Origin: Octopus sinensis
Taxonomy: Eukaryota
Direction of reading: 5' to 3'
DNA length: 52,514 bases
NCBI RefSeq assembly: GCF_006345805.1
Contig: NW_021833949.1
Coordinates: 1-52,514, forward strand
The notes below the pieces were generated by a model. The model ran no database searches. It saw only the letters and a program-made list of their open reading frames with translations, and was not told the DNA's origin. Position numbers and translations under genes: made by a program. Numbering within the stretch: position 1 is the first letter of the stretch; each line of letters begins with the position of its first letter. Shown here one piece after another: positions 1-11,371 of the stretch.

Positions 1-561
1 CTTTGTCTCCTGTTTCCCTTATAATCAACCAAAGTATGTTAAGCTAAAGTAGTTTATACTTTAAAATACCCTGTATAAATTATTAGCAATGACAAAATCC
101 CAGTACTTATGATATTGTTTCAATCTATTCTGTCTATTTTTAAAGTTATGAATTCAAGACTGTAACAATTCAGCTACCATACTTCACTTTTAGAAGATAG
201 GTGTGGAATCTTGACTTAAAATAGAATATCTTCAAACTGAAATCATTTCAGAAATGGAATGATTGAAAAGCACAGAAAATTTATTGTTAAAATTAATCAA
301 ATAGTCTATAATATTTGGGATTGTTCTCTTAAGTCTGCAGTCTATATTTAAATGTTCCATCCTAAATTATTTGAGATTCGACAGCAAACAACAAAATTAC
401 TTTTATTTCAAACATTTTACTTCATATCACATTTAAGCACTGGAATGGTTAAAATAAGAAGTTCTACATTGAAAATTAGAAATCCATTCCATTGTAAGAA
501 TCTGAACAAGTTCCTTAGTATTCCAATCATTTATGATAGGAAAATAAAATTCAGAATGCCA

Positions 562-565
<4 letters not shown>

Positions 566-617
<52 letters not shown>

Positions 618-628
618 TATATATTATC

Positions 629-665
<37 letters not shown>

Positions 666-855
666 TACTACTACTATTATTATTATTATCATTGTTATCA
701 TTATTATTACTATTATTATTATTACTATTACTATTATTATTATTATTATTACTATTAATATTATTATTACTATTATCATTACTATTATATTATTACTATT
801 AATATTATTATTACTATTATCATTACTATTATTATTACTATTATTATTATTATTA
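566..855. repeat. (TA)n followed by (ATT/ACT)n microsatellite
   Basis: Directly visible; explains the poly-YI/I/L part of ORF 352..951. Confidence 0.95.
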
Positions 856-1301
856 CTCAGTGGTTTTTTTTTTATATCATGCTTTCACTTCACTACCAAA
901 CGCAGCTCTGTGTGCCTTGGGTATGTGCTGGGATCTGTTGTGAGGCTCTGATGGTTATTGTATCGAAAGTGCTTTGCGTAGGATGTGTGCGGTGCTCAGT
1001 AGTGCAACTTTCTGTATGTTATATGTGTTTGTAAGTCCTGGTGTTCTTGTTATGTATTTGTCTGAATATTTTTTTATCATACCTAATACGCCCACTATGA
1101 TACGAATTGTTTCTGTTTGTAGATTCCACATTCTGGTTACCTCTATTTCCAGGTCTTTGTATTTCAAAAGTTTCTCCATTTCGTTTAGAGACATGTCATC
1201 TGCTGGTATTGATACATCAATTAGAAAGCATATTTTTTCTTCATGATCTCTGACAACTATATCTGGTCTATTGCCTTAATTTCTCTATCTGTGTGTATTG
1301 G
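856..1301 (-). mobile_element. 5'-truncated R4/Dong-like non-LTR retrotransposon (restriction-like endonuclease C-terminus plus 3' UTR)
   Basis: Minus strand reads PIHTDREIKA/NRPDIVVRDHEEKICFLIDVSIP...EKLLKYKDLEIEVTRMW...STAHILRKALS with a 1-nt frameshift near 1275: RPD..D..K RLE motif. (TAA)n on both sides. Confidence 0.85.
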
Positions 1302-1351
1302 TTATTATTATTATCATTATTATTATTATTAGTATAATTAATATTATTATT

Positions 1352-1543
1352 GGACAAATGTTTAGCAGTATTTTGTCTTTATGTTCTAAGTTCAAATTCT
1401 GCCAAGGTCAACGTTACCTTTCACCCTTTTGGGGTCAAAAGGGTAAGTACCAGTCGAGCACAGGAGCTGATGTAATTGACTAGCACCCTCCCTTAAAATT
1501 TCAGGGCCCTGTGCCTCTAGTAGAAAGGATTGTTATTATTATT
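1352..1543 (+). mobile_element. SINE family B copy, tail B, 5'-degenerate
   Basis: Matches B-box TTCAAATT, core CCTTTCA(T/C)CCTTT.GGGGTC and tail AAATTTCAGG..GTGCC..TAGTAGAAAGGATT seen in other copies here. Confidence 0.8.
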
Positions 1544-2085
1544 GAGTGGGAGAGCATACCATGAAAGGGACATTAGGTTACAAATTTATGAAGCCCAATG
1601 TACCCATCATGACTACCTGTCTGATAAGGGTACACTAGGCACATGTATTACAACCATAGGGGTGTGACATGGTGATCTCATATCAAGATAAACAGCACAT
1701 GACCTTGCAGATGGGGTCCAGTTAGAATTTTCTTCTGGTTGAGTAATCCATCCCGCTCAAAAGGTCCCTGAATAAGGATTGTTTAAGGAAGTTGAATGAA
1801 CCACCCATGTTTCCAGAGATGAATTATTCAAACCCCAAAGAATCCCTCTCAACACATGGCTGTGATGCTCCCCCACTACTTCTGCTCATGATCAGAGATG
1901 CACATATTATCAGTTGGTTAAGGTTAAGGAACTGACAAGCAAATCTGTGGTACTGAGCAAAATATTTACTGTAGTCCATCTTTTATATCAAGACAAAACA
2001 TGTACATAGTAGCACTTCCAATCAGTTAAAAAAGAAGCCATTAGAACTGCCACCTGGTACTGCATCAGGGTATACTACTGAGTGA
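1544..2085. repeat. Probable unclassified interspersed repeat
   Basis: Single copy in this window, lying between SINE tails; recalled as a common octopus repeat but not verifiable here. Confidence 0.3.
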
Positions 2086-2415
2086 CAAAACCCAAAATAC
2101 CCATTAGTAATCAACAATCCCCCTCCTTTAAAATTTCAGGCCTTGTGCCTATTGTAGAAATTATTATTAATATTATTATTATTATTATTATTATTATTAG
2201 GGTGGAGAGGGAAGTGCTGCCTTGTAGCAAGTTTGTTGAAAGGTGGGTGAATGTTGGAAGAATGGCCTGTGTGAAAGGACCAATTCTGAGCATGCTCCTG
2301 TAAACAAAAGGAGAAGGGCTCTTGCCCTGTTGTTCAGGCACCGGTGGCTTTTTCCATGAGGTTCTTATTATTGTTATTATTATCATTGTTATTGTTATTA
2401 TTGTTATTATTATTA

Positions 2416-2640
2416 GGCAGTGAGCTAACAGAATCGTGACCAAGCCAAGCCAATCCAAGCAAAATGCTTAGTGGCATTTTGTCCGTCTTCATGTTCTGAG
2501 TTCAAATCCCGCTGAGGTCGACTTTGCCTTTCATCCTTTCGGGGTCGATTAAATAAGTACCATCTACGCACTGGGTCGATGTAATTGACTCAATCCCTTC
2601 CCTCAAATTTGAGGCCTAGTGCTTCCAGCAGAAAGAATTA
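2416..2640 (+). mobile_element. SINE family B copy with tail B ending in (ATT)n
   Basis: GGCAGTGAGCT head, GTTCAAATC B-box, GGTCGACTTTGCCTTTCATCCTTTCGGGGTCG core. Confidence 0.85.
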
Positions 2641-3882
2641 TTATTATTATCATTATCATTATCATCATCCTTTTATTATTATCATCATCATCATCATTAT
2701 TTTATTATTATTATTATCATCATCATCTTTTTATCATTATCATCATCATCATTATTTTATTATTATTATTATCATCATCATTTTTTATTATTATCATTCA
2801 TCATTATTTTATTATTATTATTATCATCTTTTATCATTATCATCATTTATTTATATTATTATCATCATCATCTTTTTATTATTATCATCATCATCATTAT
2901 TTTATTATTATTATCATCTTTTTATCATTATCATCATCATCATTTTTTATTATTATTATTATCATCATCATCTTTTTATTATTATCCTCATCATCATTAT
3001 TTTATTATTATTATTATCATCATCATCTTTTTATTATTATCATCATCATCATTATTTTATTATTATTATTATCATCATCATTATTTTATTATTATTATTA
3101 TCATCTTTTTATCATTATCATCATCATCATTATTTTATTATTATTATTATCATCTTTTTATCATTATCATCATCATCATTATTTTATTATTATTATTATC
3201 ATCATCATCTTTTTATTATTATCATCATCATCATTATTTTATTATTATTATCATCATCATCTTTTTATCGTTATCATCATCATTATTTTATTATTATTAT
3301 TATCATCATCATCTTTTTATTATTATCATCATCATCATTATTTTATTATTATATTATCATCATCTTTTTATCGTTATCATCATCATTATTTTATTATTAT
3401 TATTATCATCATCATCTTTGTTTTTATTATTATTCATCATCATTATTTTATTATTATTATCATCATCACTTTTTATCGTTATCATCATCATTATTTTTAT
3501 TATATTATTATATTCATCATCTTTTTATTATTATACATCATCATTATTTTATTATTATTATTATCATCTTTTTATCGTTATCATCATCATTATTTTATTA
3601 TTATTATTATCATCCATCTTTTATTATTATCTCATCATCATTATTTTATTATTATTATTCATCATCATCTTTTTATCGTTATCATCATCATTATTTTATT
3701 ATTATTATTATCATCATCATCTTTTTATTATTATCATCATCATCATTATTTTATTATTATTATTATCATCTTTTTATCATTATCATCATCATCATTATTT
3801 TATTATTATTATCATCATCATCTTTTTATTCGTTATCATCATCATCATCATCATTTATTATTATTATTATCATCATCATCAT
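2636..3882. repeat. Compound (ATT)n/(ATC)n tract with higher-order periodicity
   Basis: About 1.25 kb of ATT/ATC triplets with regularly spaced TTTT/TTTTT phase shifts. Confidence 0.95.
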
Positions 3883-5109
3883 ATTGCTAAGCATAACTGG
3901 TCTAAGTGAAAAAAAGAAAGAAAAATACACATATTGAATATAATAATAATAATAATATAATAGTAATCTCAGCTAGTGTTAAAACCTTTAACTAGCATTT
4001 AAAAAATATAGGCATCAGTCAGTAAATGTGTTGTGAGTGGATGTAACAATACTAAACGTTCAATGTTACCTAGCATGGTGTAAGAATGTCTTCAAACTAT
4101 CACCAAAGAAAAAATACTAGTAACAATGTAATTACTAACAACAAATAGGATTATAGTACTACTACAGCTACTACACTAAAATTGTTCTGTTGTTTCTTTC
4201 GCTAGAACAGAAAAGTTGCTTTGCTCTACGTAATTCTTCGCGACGGAGGATATGAGAAGAAAATTTAGGTATTTTCAGAAGTTATTGATTTTCCTAAACA
4301 GATGAGAAAGAGAAAGAGAGAGAAAGCACTGTAAAGGGAAGTAACTCCGGCGAGCAGCCCGGAATGGCAAGTCCTGAAACCAGCAGCCGCCTCTTTATTT
4401 CAAAGCACAACCAAGAATTTAACGAGAGAACTCGATGCAAAGCAGTGGCACCGTAGTAAAACATAAATGTGAAAGAGAGAGAGAGAGACAGGGGTAGTGG
4501 TCAGCAGTGTTTCACGTGTGTGTGTGTAAAAATAAATACAAAGATAGACACGCATACTGCTAGTGATTGTCTAGAAGGCTAGCTACAGGCTACTATTAAA
4601 CAATATTAATATCGCCGTCGATTTTTCCTTTAATTCTTTTACAAATAACAGGAAATTCCTGTGTAATAAATTAAAATCCATTCCCAGCATGAGTGGATTG
4701 AACAAAGACTTTATTTTTCCTTATTATCATTTATTGCTTCTCTTATTTCTTTTCGCGAGTCGGTTAAACATCAGAGCAATAAATAAATGGATAGTAAAAA
4801 TGCTTGGTGCCAACAAGGTGTGTACACGGTGCGTGTACGAAACGGGTGGCAAGGGAAACGCCAACATAGACATACATAAGCGAATGCACATACACAATGT
4901 TATGTATCTAACTGCATTCAAACAAGACGGGTGGTGGTGGTGGGGGGGATGTTCTATGAAGAATATGTGCAGTATGGTGGCTGGCAGAAGTGTGCATATG
5001 CAAGTGTGTCGATTTACGTTAATGCATCCCAGTGTAGGCGCCTATATATACATCAATGAGTCTGAACAGAGATGCGTGTTTACCGTCGATGTTTGTATGG
5101 TGTATTTTC

Positions 5110-5346
5110 CATACATACATACATAATCATCATCATTTATGATGATGATGATATATATACATACACACATATATATATACATACACACATACATATATAC
5201 ATAAATACATACACAGATACACACACGCATACAAACGTACACACATACACAGACACAAGCATACACACGTACACAGACACAAGCATACACACGTACACAG
5301 GCACACACACACATACATATATACACACACACACACATACATACAT

Positions 5347-5403
<57 letters not shown>

Positions 5404-5492
5404 TACATACATACATACATACATACATACATACATACATACATACATACATACATACATACATACATACATACATACATACATACGCACGC
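5110..5492. repeat. (CA)n/(TACA)n compound microsatellite
   Basis: Directly visible. Confidence 0.95.
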
Positions 5493-6290
5493 ACGCTCCT
5501 GAACGATTGTATGTAAACCGTATCTATGCTCACTCGCACGTGTAGGTATGGCCAGAATTGTGAACCGGTAAGGAACTTCGACAACTCAATTAACTGATTA
5601 ATTTAATGAGAAACACGGGAACTGCTGCCTATTTTCGAAGTGCTTTTATGAAGAATAATGCCCCAAAATACATGCGTGTGTGTAAGCTTCAAAATTTGAA
5701 CAGAATCACAACAAAGGAAGAACCGGAAAATCCTCACACCAGAGGGGACGTTGCTCATTCCTCGTCGGTTATCGTCCAAAAGATCCTAACAATTTTCACG
5801 CCTTAACGATAATATTGTTCAGTTTTTGTGGGGTCAACAGCGAGCGAACGTTAGGGACAGTGACAAAAACAAACACAACACAAATGTGAATATAGAAACG
5901 AAATAAAATGAATATGCAGTATACAAAATATTCAACTGAATCCTTAAATCCTTAAAATCCTTTAAAATGTTTTAGCCCGAAGGTCGCGGCCATGCTGGGA
6001 CACCACTGCTGATATAAAATAGGACCCTGGAGGTCCCATCGACCGAAAGGCGGAATAGGTAAAAAAAACAAAAAAAAAAAAAGAATGGTGTGTAGCGTTT
6101 CATGAAATAATGAGCTACAAACTTTAAACAGAAACACAACAAAAGAACAACCGGAAAATTCAGTCACAAAATGGGACGTTGCTTATTCCTCGTCAAGGAT
6201 TTAGATAACCCGGGCGAGTGTCCCACTCAGCACTCCATACGAAATCTTCGCCAACAGAAAATATGGAGGATAAGACTCGAAGAAAGTATT

Positions 6291-6577
6291 CCTATTTCTT
6301 TACTACCCTCGGCGGAATTTGAACTCAGAACGTAACGGCAGAAGAAATACCTATTTCTTTACTACCCACAAAGGTCTAAACACAGAGGGGACAAACAAGG
6401 ACAAACGGATTAAGTCGATTATATCGAAACTAGTGCGTAACTGGTACTTAATTTATCGACCCCGAAAGGATGAAAGGCAAAGTCGACCTCCGTGGAATTT
6501 GAACTCAGAACGTAACGGCAGACGAAATACCGCAAAGCATTTCGCCCGGCGTGCTAACGATTCTGCCAGCTTGCCGC
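6291..6577 (-). mobile_element. SINE family B with tail A plus a partial second unit
   Basis: Head, core and tail A end, followed by GGTATTTCTTCTGCCGTTACG internal SINE sequence. Confidence 0.85.
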
Positions 6578-6648
6578 GAATCCAAAGAACATTCTATACA
6601 AAGTAAACCGAGTGGGGAGTGGGGTGTTCGGGACATTAATCGTAGAGT

Positions 6649-6870
6649 ATTCTTTTATTCTTTTCCACGTTTCAGTCATTTGACGGCGGCCATGCTGGAA
6701 CACGGCCTTGGAGAAATCGACACCGGAACTTGTTCTTTGTAAGCCTAGGACTTATTTTATCGGTCTCTTTTGCCGAAATGCTACCTTACGGGAACATAAA
6801 CACACCAACATCGTTTGTCAAGCGATGGTGGGGGGGGGGGGGGCAAACACACACACGCACACACATAAAT
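6649..6870 (-). mobile_element. SINE family A, 3' half
   Basis: Matches the 3' half of the full copy at 30409-30873. Confidence 0.8.
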
Positions 6871-7265
6871 AGTAAAGTTTATTGACCAACAAAATGTGGC
6901 AGTCCTGCACAGGATGATGTTACTACTGTTTTAGCCCCAGGAAAACATCTTTTCCAGCTGGCTATCGGCACACACTTTGTGTCTGTATAGTGTGAGCAAG
7001 AGAGGTCATCACCCCTATCTCCTGCCTTCATGAAACGTCCCAGGTTTCTGTGTTGTTTCTCATCTTTTGTGTGAGACAATCACAAGCTAGTGATGGGAGC
7101 TTATTCGACTTGATATATCTATCTATATATATATATATATATTATATATATATATATATAATATATATATATATATATAATATTAATTCGAGACAAACCA
7201 CTATTTTGCAAATCAAACAAGGAAAGACTTAATCAATACATAAAAAATTTTAATATAAAGTAAAT

Positions 7266-7319
7266 AAACCGCCACTACAATTGTTTCATGTCTTCAAATG
7301 ACATTCGTCAGGTGGATTT
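7266..7319 (-). ncRNA. Type I hammerhead ribozyme, intact core, palindromic stem III
   Basis: AAATCCAC-CTGACGA-ATGTC(ATTTGAA)GACAT-GAAAC-AATT-GTA-GTGG: CUGANGA, stem II, GAAA, ACAATTGT palindrome, GUA triplet, stem I CCAC/GTGG. Confidence 0.85.
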
Positions 7320-7364
7320 CCGATCTTCTAATCAGTTTTAAATTAAAACTGATTAGAAGATCGG

Positions 7365-7418
7365 AAATCCACCTGATAAATGTCATTTGAAGACATGAAA
7401 CAATTGTAGTGGCGATTT
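7365..7418 (+). pseudogene. Type I hammerhead copy with mutated core (CUGAUAA)
   Basis: Mirror copy of 7266-7319 with G8 changed to A. Confidence 0.75.
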
Positions 7419-7586
7419 ATTTACTTTATATTAAAATTTTTTATGTATTGATTAAGTCTTTCCTTGTTTGATTTGCAAAATAGTGGTTTTGTCTCGAATT
7501 AATATTATATATTTTACTATAAAATTGGATTTAATCCTAAATCTGATCTTTTCCCTGTAAATTTGGATTTATTCCCTAATATTTAT

Positions 7587-7640
<54 letters not shown>

Positions 7641-7652
7641 ACATATATATAT

Positions 7653-8270
7653 CTTTACTCTCTCTTTTTACTCTTTTTACTTGTTTCAGTCATTTGACTG
7701 CGGCCATGCTGGAGCACCGCCTTTAATCGAGTAACTCGATCCCGGGACTTATTCTTTGTAAGCCCAGTACTTATTCTATCGGTCTCTTTTGCCGAACCGC
7801 TAAGTGATGGGGACATAAACACACCAGCATCGGTTGTCAAGCAATGCTAGGGGGACAAACACAGACACACACACATATATATATATATATACTGTATACT
7901 CTCTTTTACTTGTTTCAGACATTTGACTGCGGTCATGCTTGAGTACAGCCTTTAGTCGAGCAAATCGACCCCAGGACTTATTCTTTGTAAGCCTAGTACT
8001 TATTCTATCGATATGTTTTGCCGAACCGCTCGATTACGGGGCCGTAAACTCGCCAGCATCGATTGTCAAGCGATGTTGGGGGGGACAAAGTCACACACAC
8101 ACATATACCACGGGCTTTTTTCAGTTTCCTTCAACCAAATCCACTCACAAGGCTTTGGTTGGCTCGAGGCTATAGTAGAGGACACTTGCCCAAGGTGCCA
8201 CGCAGTGGGACTGAAGCCGGAACCATGTGGTTGATAAGCAAACTACTTACCACGCACTCACTCCTGCGCC
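7653..8270 (-). mobile_element. SINE family A: 3' half (7653-7880) plus full copy (7897-8270)
   Basis: tRNA-like head GGCGCAGGAGTG, CORE-like ACCTTGGGCAAGT, internal CA repeat, tail ending AAGTAAAAGAG. Confidence 0.9.
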
Positions 8271-8279
8271 TATACATAC

Positions 8280-8322
<43 letters not shown>

Positions 8323-8761
8323 ACACGCGCGCGCGCACACACACATGTATGTGTGTGTATGTATGTGTGTGTGTGTGTGTGTCCAAGGTGCCAAGCAGTG
8401 GGACCGAACCTGGAACTCTGTGGTTGGGAAGCAAGCAAACAAAGAAAGGAATGGAGATGACGGTATCAAATTATACAAACAACGAGAAGGTCGAGGGGCC
8501 CCTTTCGCCATTTTGCAAGACACATAATTATTATATTCACTTAAACCCTTTGAACGCGGAAATGTGTATTCGCTCAAAATTTTAGTACCGTTAACTGTGG
8601 AAAGCAGTTTAACCCCCATGGCTTAGTGGGAGATAGAGGGAACTAACCTTATGCTACGAGAAGAAGAGACACCCCCAGTAACACTTTTTTTTTTTACAAT
8701 ATACAACGTTTTCAGATTTTCTTTATTGTTTTTTGTTTTCTCTTATTTTTCCCCCACATAG

Positions 8762-8784
8762 TTGATGAAATATCTTTCTGCAAA
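8762..8784 (+). CDS. Candidate 23-nt micro-exon (VDEISFCK if phase 1 to 0)
   Basis: Long polypyrimidine tract, CATAG acceptor, AAA|GTAAGA donor. No homology recognised. Confidence 0.3.
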
Positions 8785-9057
8785 GTAAGAATTGAAGACC
8801 TTTAATAGTGGACATCGAAAACCGAAGTATCTACAAGAGATGCCGAAAATGTATTGCAGAAACAGAGAATATCAGTTCTAATTTTTTTAGAGGATAATTA
8901 ACATCACAACGACAATGGCCATGAAATTTAATTACGTACTCAGCGAGTTAAATTAATTTCAAGAGATGTCCAAATTTTCCTTCACACAATGGCAACCTTG
9001 GTCGCTGATGCAGCTCTACAGCAACTGAGATTAATGAAAAGCGGGGATAAAAGCATC

Positions 9058-9262
9058 CACTAGCGTAGCTGACGGGAGGGAGGCGGTCCGACCCGGACGG
9101 CACTTTTAAAGGGGTGGAATTTTTCAACCTGTTGTAAGCTATTGCTGTAGACAATGTGTTTGTTTTTTGTGTGTGTGGTGTCCGGGGGCGGCAAACGGAA
9201 GTGGTGTCCGGGGCGGCAAACGGAAGGGGTGCCCCAGGCGGTACACTCTCTCGCTATGCTGA
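9058..9262. mobile_element. hAT-like MITE, right end degenerate
   Basis: CACTAGCGTAGC...GCTATGCT ends; shares GCGGCACTTTT and GCGGCAAACGG with the copy at 16288-16406. Confidence 0.55.
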
Positions 9263-9295
9263 ACTGATGAGAAACCTATAGTTATTCTATTCAGT

Positions 9296-9692
9296 ACTAG
9301 CAGTATCGCCCGGCGTTGCTCGGGTTTGTTTCGACCCTTTAGAATTGGAATTGTTGAAAAGTAAAAATTTTGCATGATGTAGCTTGTTATTCTCTCTAAG
9401 TGAACATTTTTCTGGATGAAATACACCGAAAAATGGCAACACAGCAGTAAAAAAATCGTAAAAAATAGGGATTTTTATAGGAAAAAAATCACCTTTTTGA
9501 TGTAAATAACTTTTGGTGCTAACATAGTCCGATTTGAATTTTTTCTTCTTCGGAAGGAAGAGCAAGCCTTCTTCTATCATACTCTCAATTTTGGTCAACT
9601 TGTGCCGCAGGATCTCGGAGGAGATAGTGTTAGTTGAAGGCTACCAAACCTGCCACACACAGACAACTTCAGTTTTATGTATATAGAGAGAT
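9296..9692 (+). mobile_element. Non-autonomous Helitron/Helentron-type element
   Basis: 5' ACTAGCAGTATCGCCCGGCGTTGCTC and 3' TATATAGAGAGAT shared with 20520-20903; interiors differ. Class inferred from end structure. Confidence 0.6.
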
Positions 9693-10010
9693 TAAATTTC
9701 TACCCATTGTTTTACGAGTACTTGATTACATGAGAAACTGCTTCAATATCTATCTTGAAAAGTTAGTTTCCCTAAAACCACAAAGTATATGTCTAATCAC
9801 GAGATTACAGCCACAAGCTATCAAAAACACTATAAAAATATCTGAGGCATTCAAGAAATTTAGCAGGTAATATGAGCTCAACATGTAAATGCCCGCATCC
9901 ATACGGGTTTCTGTGTATAGGTAGGTATCTGCATAATACGCCTGTTGGTGTTGTCTCAATTACATTGAAAGCCTGACTTCTAGGCTAGAATCCGGTTCTT
10001 ACTCCACTGG

Positions 10011-10160
10011 CGAGAGAGAGAGAGGAAGGAAGGAAGGAAAAAAGAAAGAACGCAAGGAAGCAATGAAAGAAAGAAGAAAAAATGAAAAAGAAAGAAAGAA
10101 AAGAACGAAGGAAGGAAGAAAAGAAATAATGAAAGAAGAGAAAGAGAAACGAAAGAAAGA
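10011..10160. repeat. Purine-rich (GA/GGAA/GAAA) tract
   Basis: Directly visible. Confidence 0.8.
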
Positions 10161-10571
10161 GGCGTGCATCTATTTAAAGCAAACTGCACCATTTTAGTTG
10201 AACAGACAATTTCATGAAAGAACGATTTATGTCACGAGTCGATAGGAGGAAAACCTAACGACTTGATATTATCCGGGATCGATGGAGTTGCTAAAGAACA
10301 CTTAGCACAAATTGAATCTCACATCTTTAGGCTATTGAATGTCTTATTCTATTGTGTTGCAGTTACCATTTGCCAACAGATGAAGGAAGTCTGGGAGATC
10401 GATTGCAATGAGAAAGCACAACCAATATGGACGACCTTGCTGCAGACAAATGACGACAGACCCGGAAAAAAATATTGGGCGATTAGTTACTATGGTTGAA
10501 TGATGCAAAGTGGATAATAAATTCATGAACCATCAGCTGCGACTGTATGAAAGACTATCCAAGGTCTACAG

Positions 10572-10858
10572 CAGAAGTTGCCAATATGGGCAGTACTGAT
10601 CCCTTAGGATGGGGGAAGATCCAGGGGGAGGGGTCTCGAAGGAAAGTAGGACGATAATAGGGTGGCCAAAAGGGAGCGATGGATGTAAAAAAAAACCCCT
10701 CAAAATAATGGGTTGATTAGATTAAGTTTTATTTGTGAAATAGTTTTAATTTCTATCAGAAAGTGGTCTATGTTTGTGGCGGTGAGTGAGGAGGGGGAGC
10801 TAGGGATGAGGCTTGGGTGCCAAGGGAGCGGCAGCCCGAAAATGTTCGGGAACCACTG
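10572..10858. mobile_element. hAT (Charlie-like) MITE
   Basis: Right end GGGAACCACTG (CAGTGGTTCCC TIR), degenerate left TIR CAGAAGTTGCC, 8-bp TSD GTCTACAG/ATCTACAG. Confidence 0.65.
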
Positions 10859-11371
10859 ATCTACAGGAACAGTCGACAAGAAGCACCAACGCGAACTGCG
10901 AGCGTTAAGGCAAAAATCTTCGATGTCGGAAGAAATTATTGGAACGCGGAGCTACGAGTGGCGAACTCGTATGAAGGAGCACCACATCCAAATCGTAAAA
11001 ATCCTCGACCGAGAATGATCTAGAGCTACTTTGAAGAAGGATCTGGAAAGCAAACAAACAACACAACCATATTGACAGGGCAGCCTTTGTCAATCAATTG
11101 AAAAGAACAACGATTTCCTTTATAATCACGAGTTATATTCCAACACGCTCCATAGCATTGTGAGTTGGAACGTTTAGATAGGAATCACAAAAATTCCTTT
11201 TGTTTTTTCAAGAATCTCTCTTGACGTCTACTGAATATGTTTGGCGAGTTTGTTGCGCAAAACTATAAATTACATCACGCAGCAGATTTATCACCGAGAT
11301 AATCATATATTGAAAACAAGCGGTTTTTTTTTTTTGTGAAATGCGTTCCAACAACTTCACACACAAACACA

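Larger units (their letters stand above)
7174..7590. mobile_element. Penelope-like pseudo-LTR in inverted arrangement
   Basis: Arms 7174-7341 and 7343-7511 are reverse complements (3 substitutions, 1 indel). Each carries a hammerhead motif; (TA)n flanks. Assignment to Penelope is inferred from this architecture. Confidence 0.7.

Noticed and set aside
2585-3937. 450-, 423- and 163-aa ORFs
   Set aside because: Translations of the ATT/ATC tract. The same applies to poly-YI, CV and HT ORFs at 5.0-5.6, 12.8-13.2, 45.4-46.1, 50.4-51.0 and 51.6-52.1 kb.
9264-9270. Isolated CTGATGA motifs (also near 14635, 33465, 43180)
   Set aside because: No stem II, GAAA and stem III arrangement around them.
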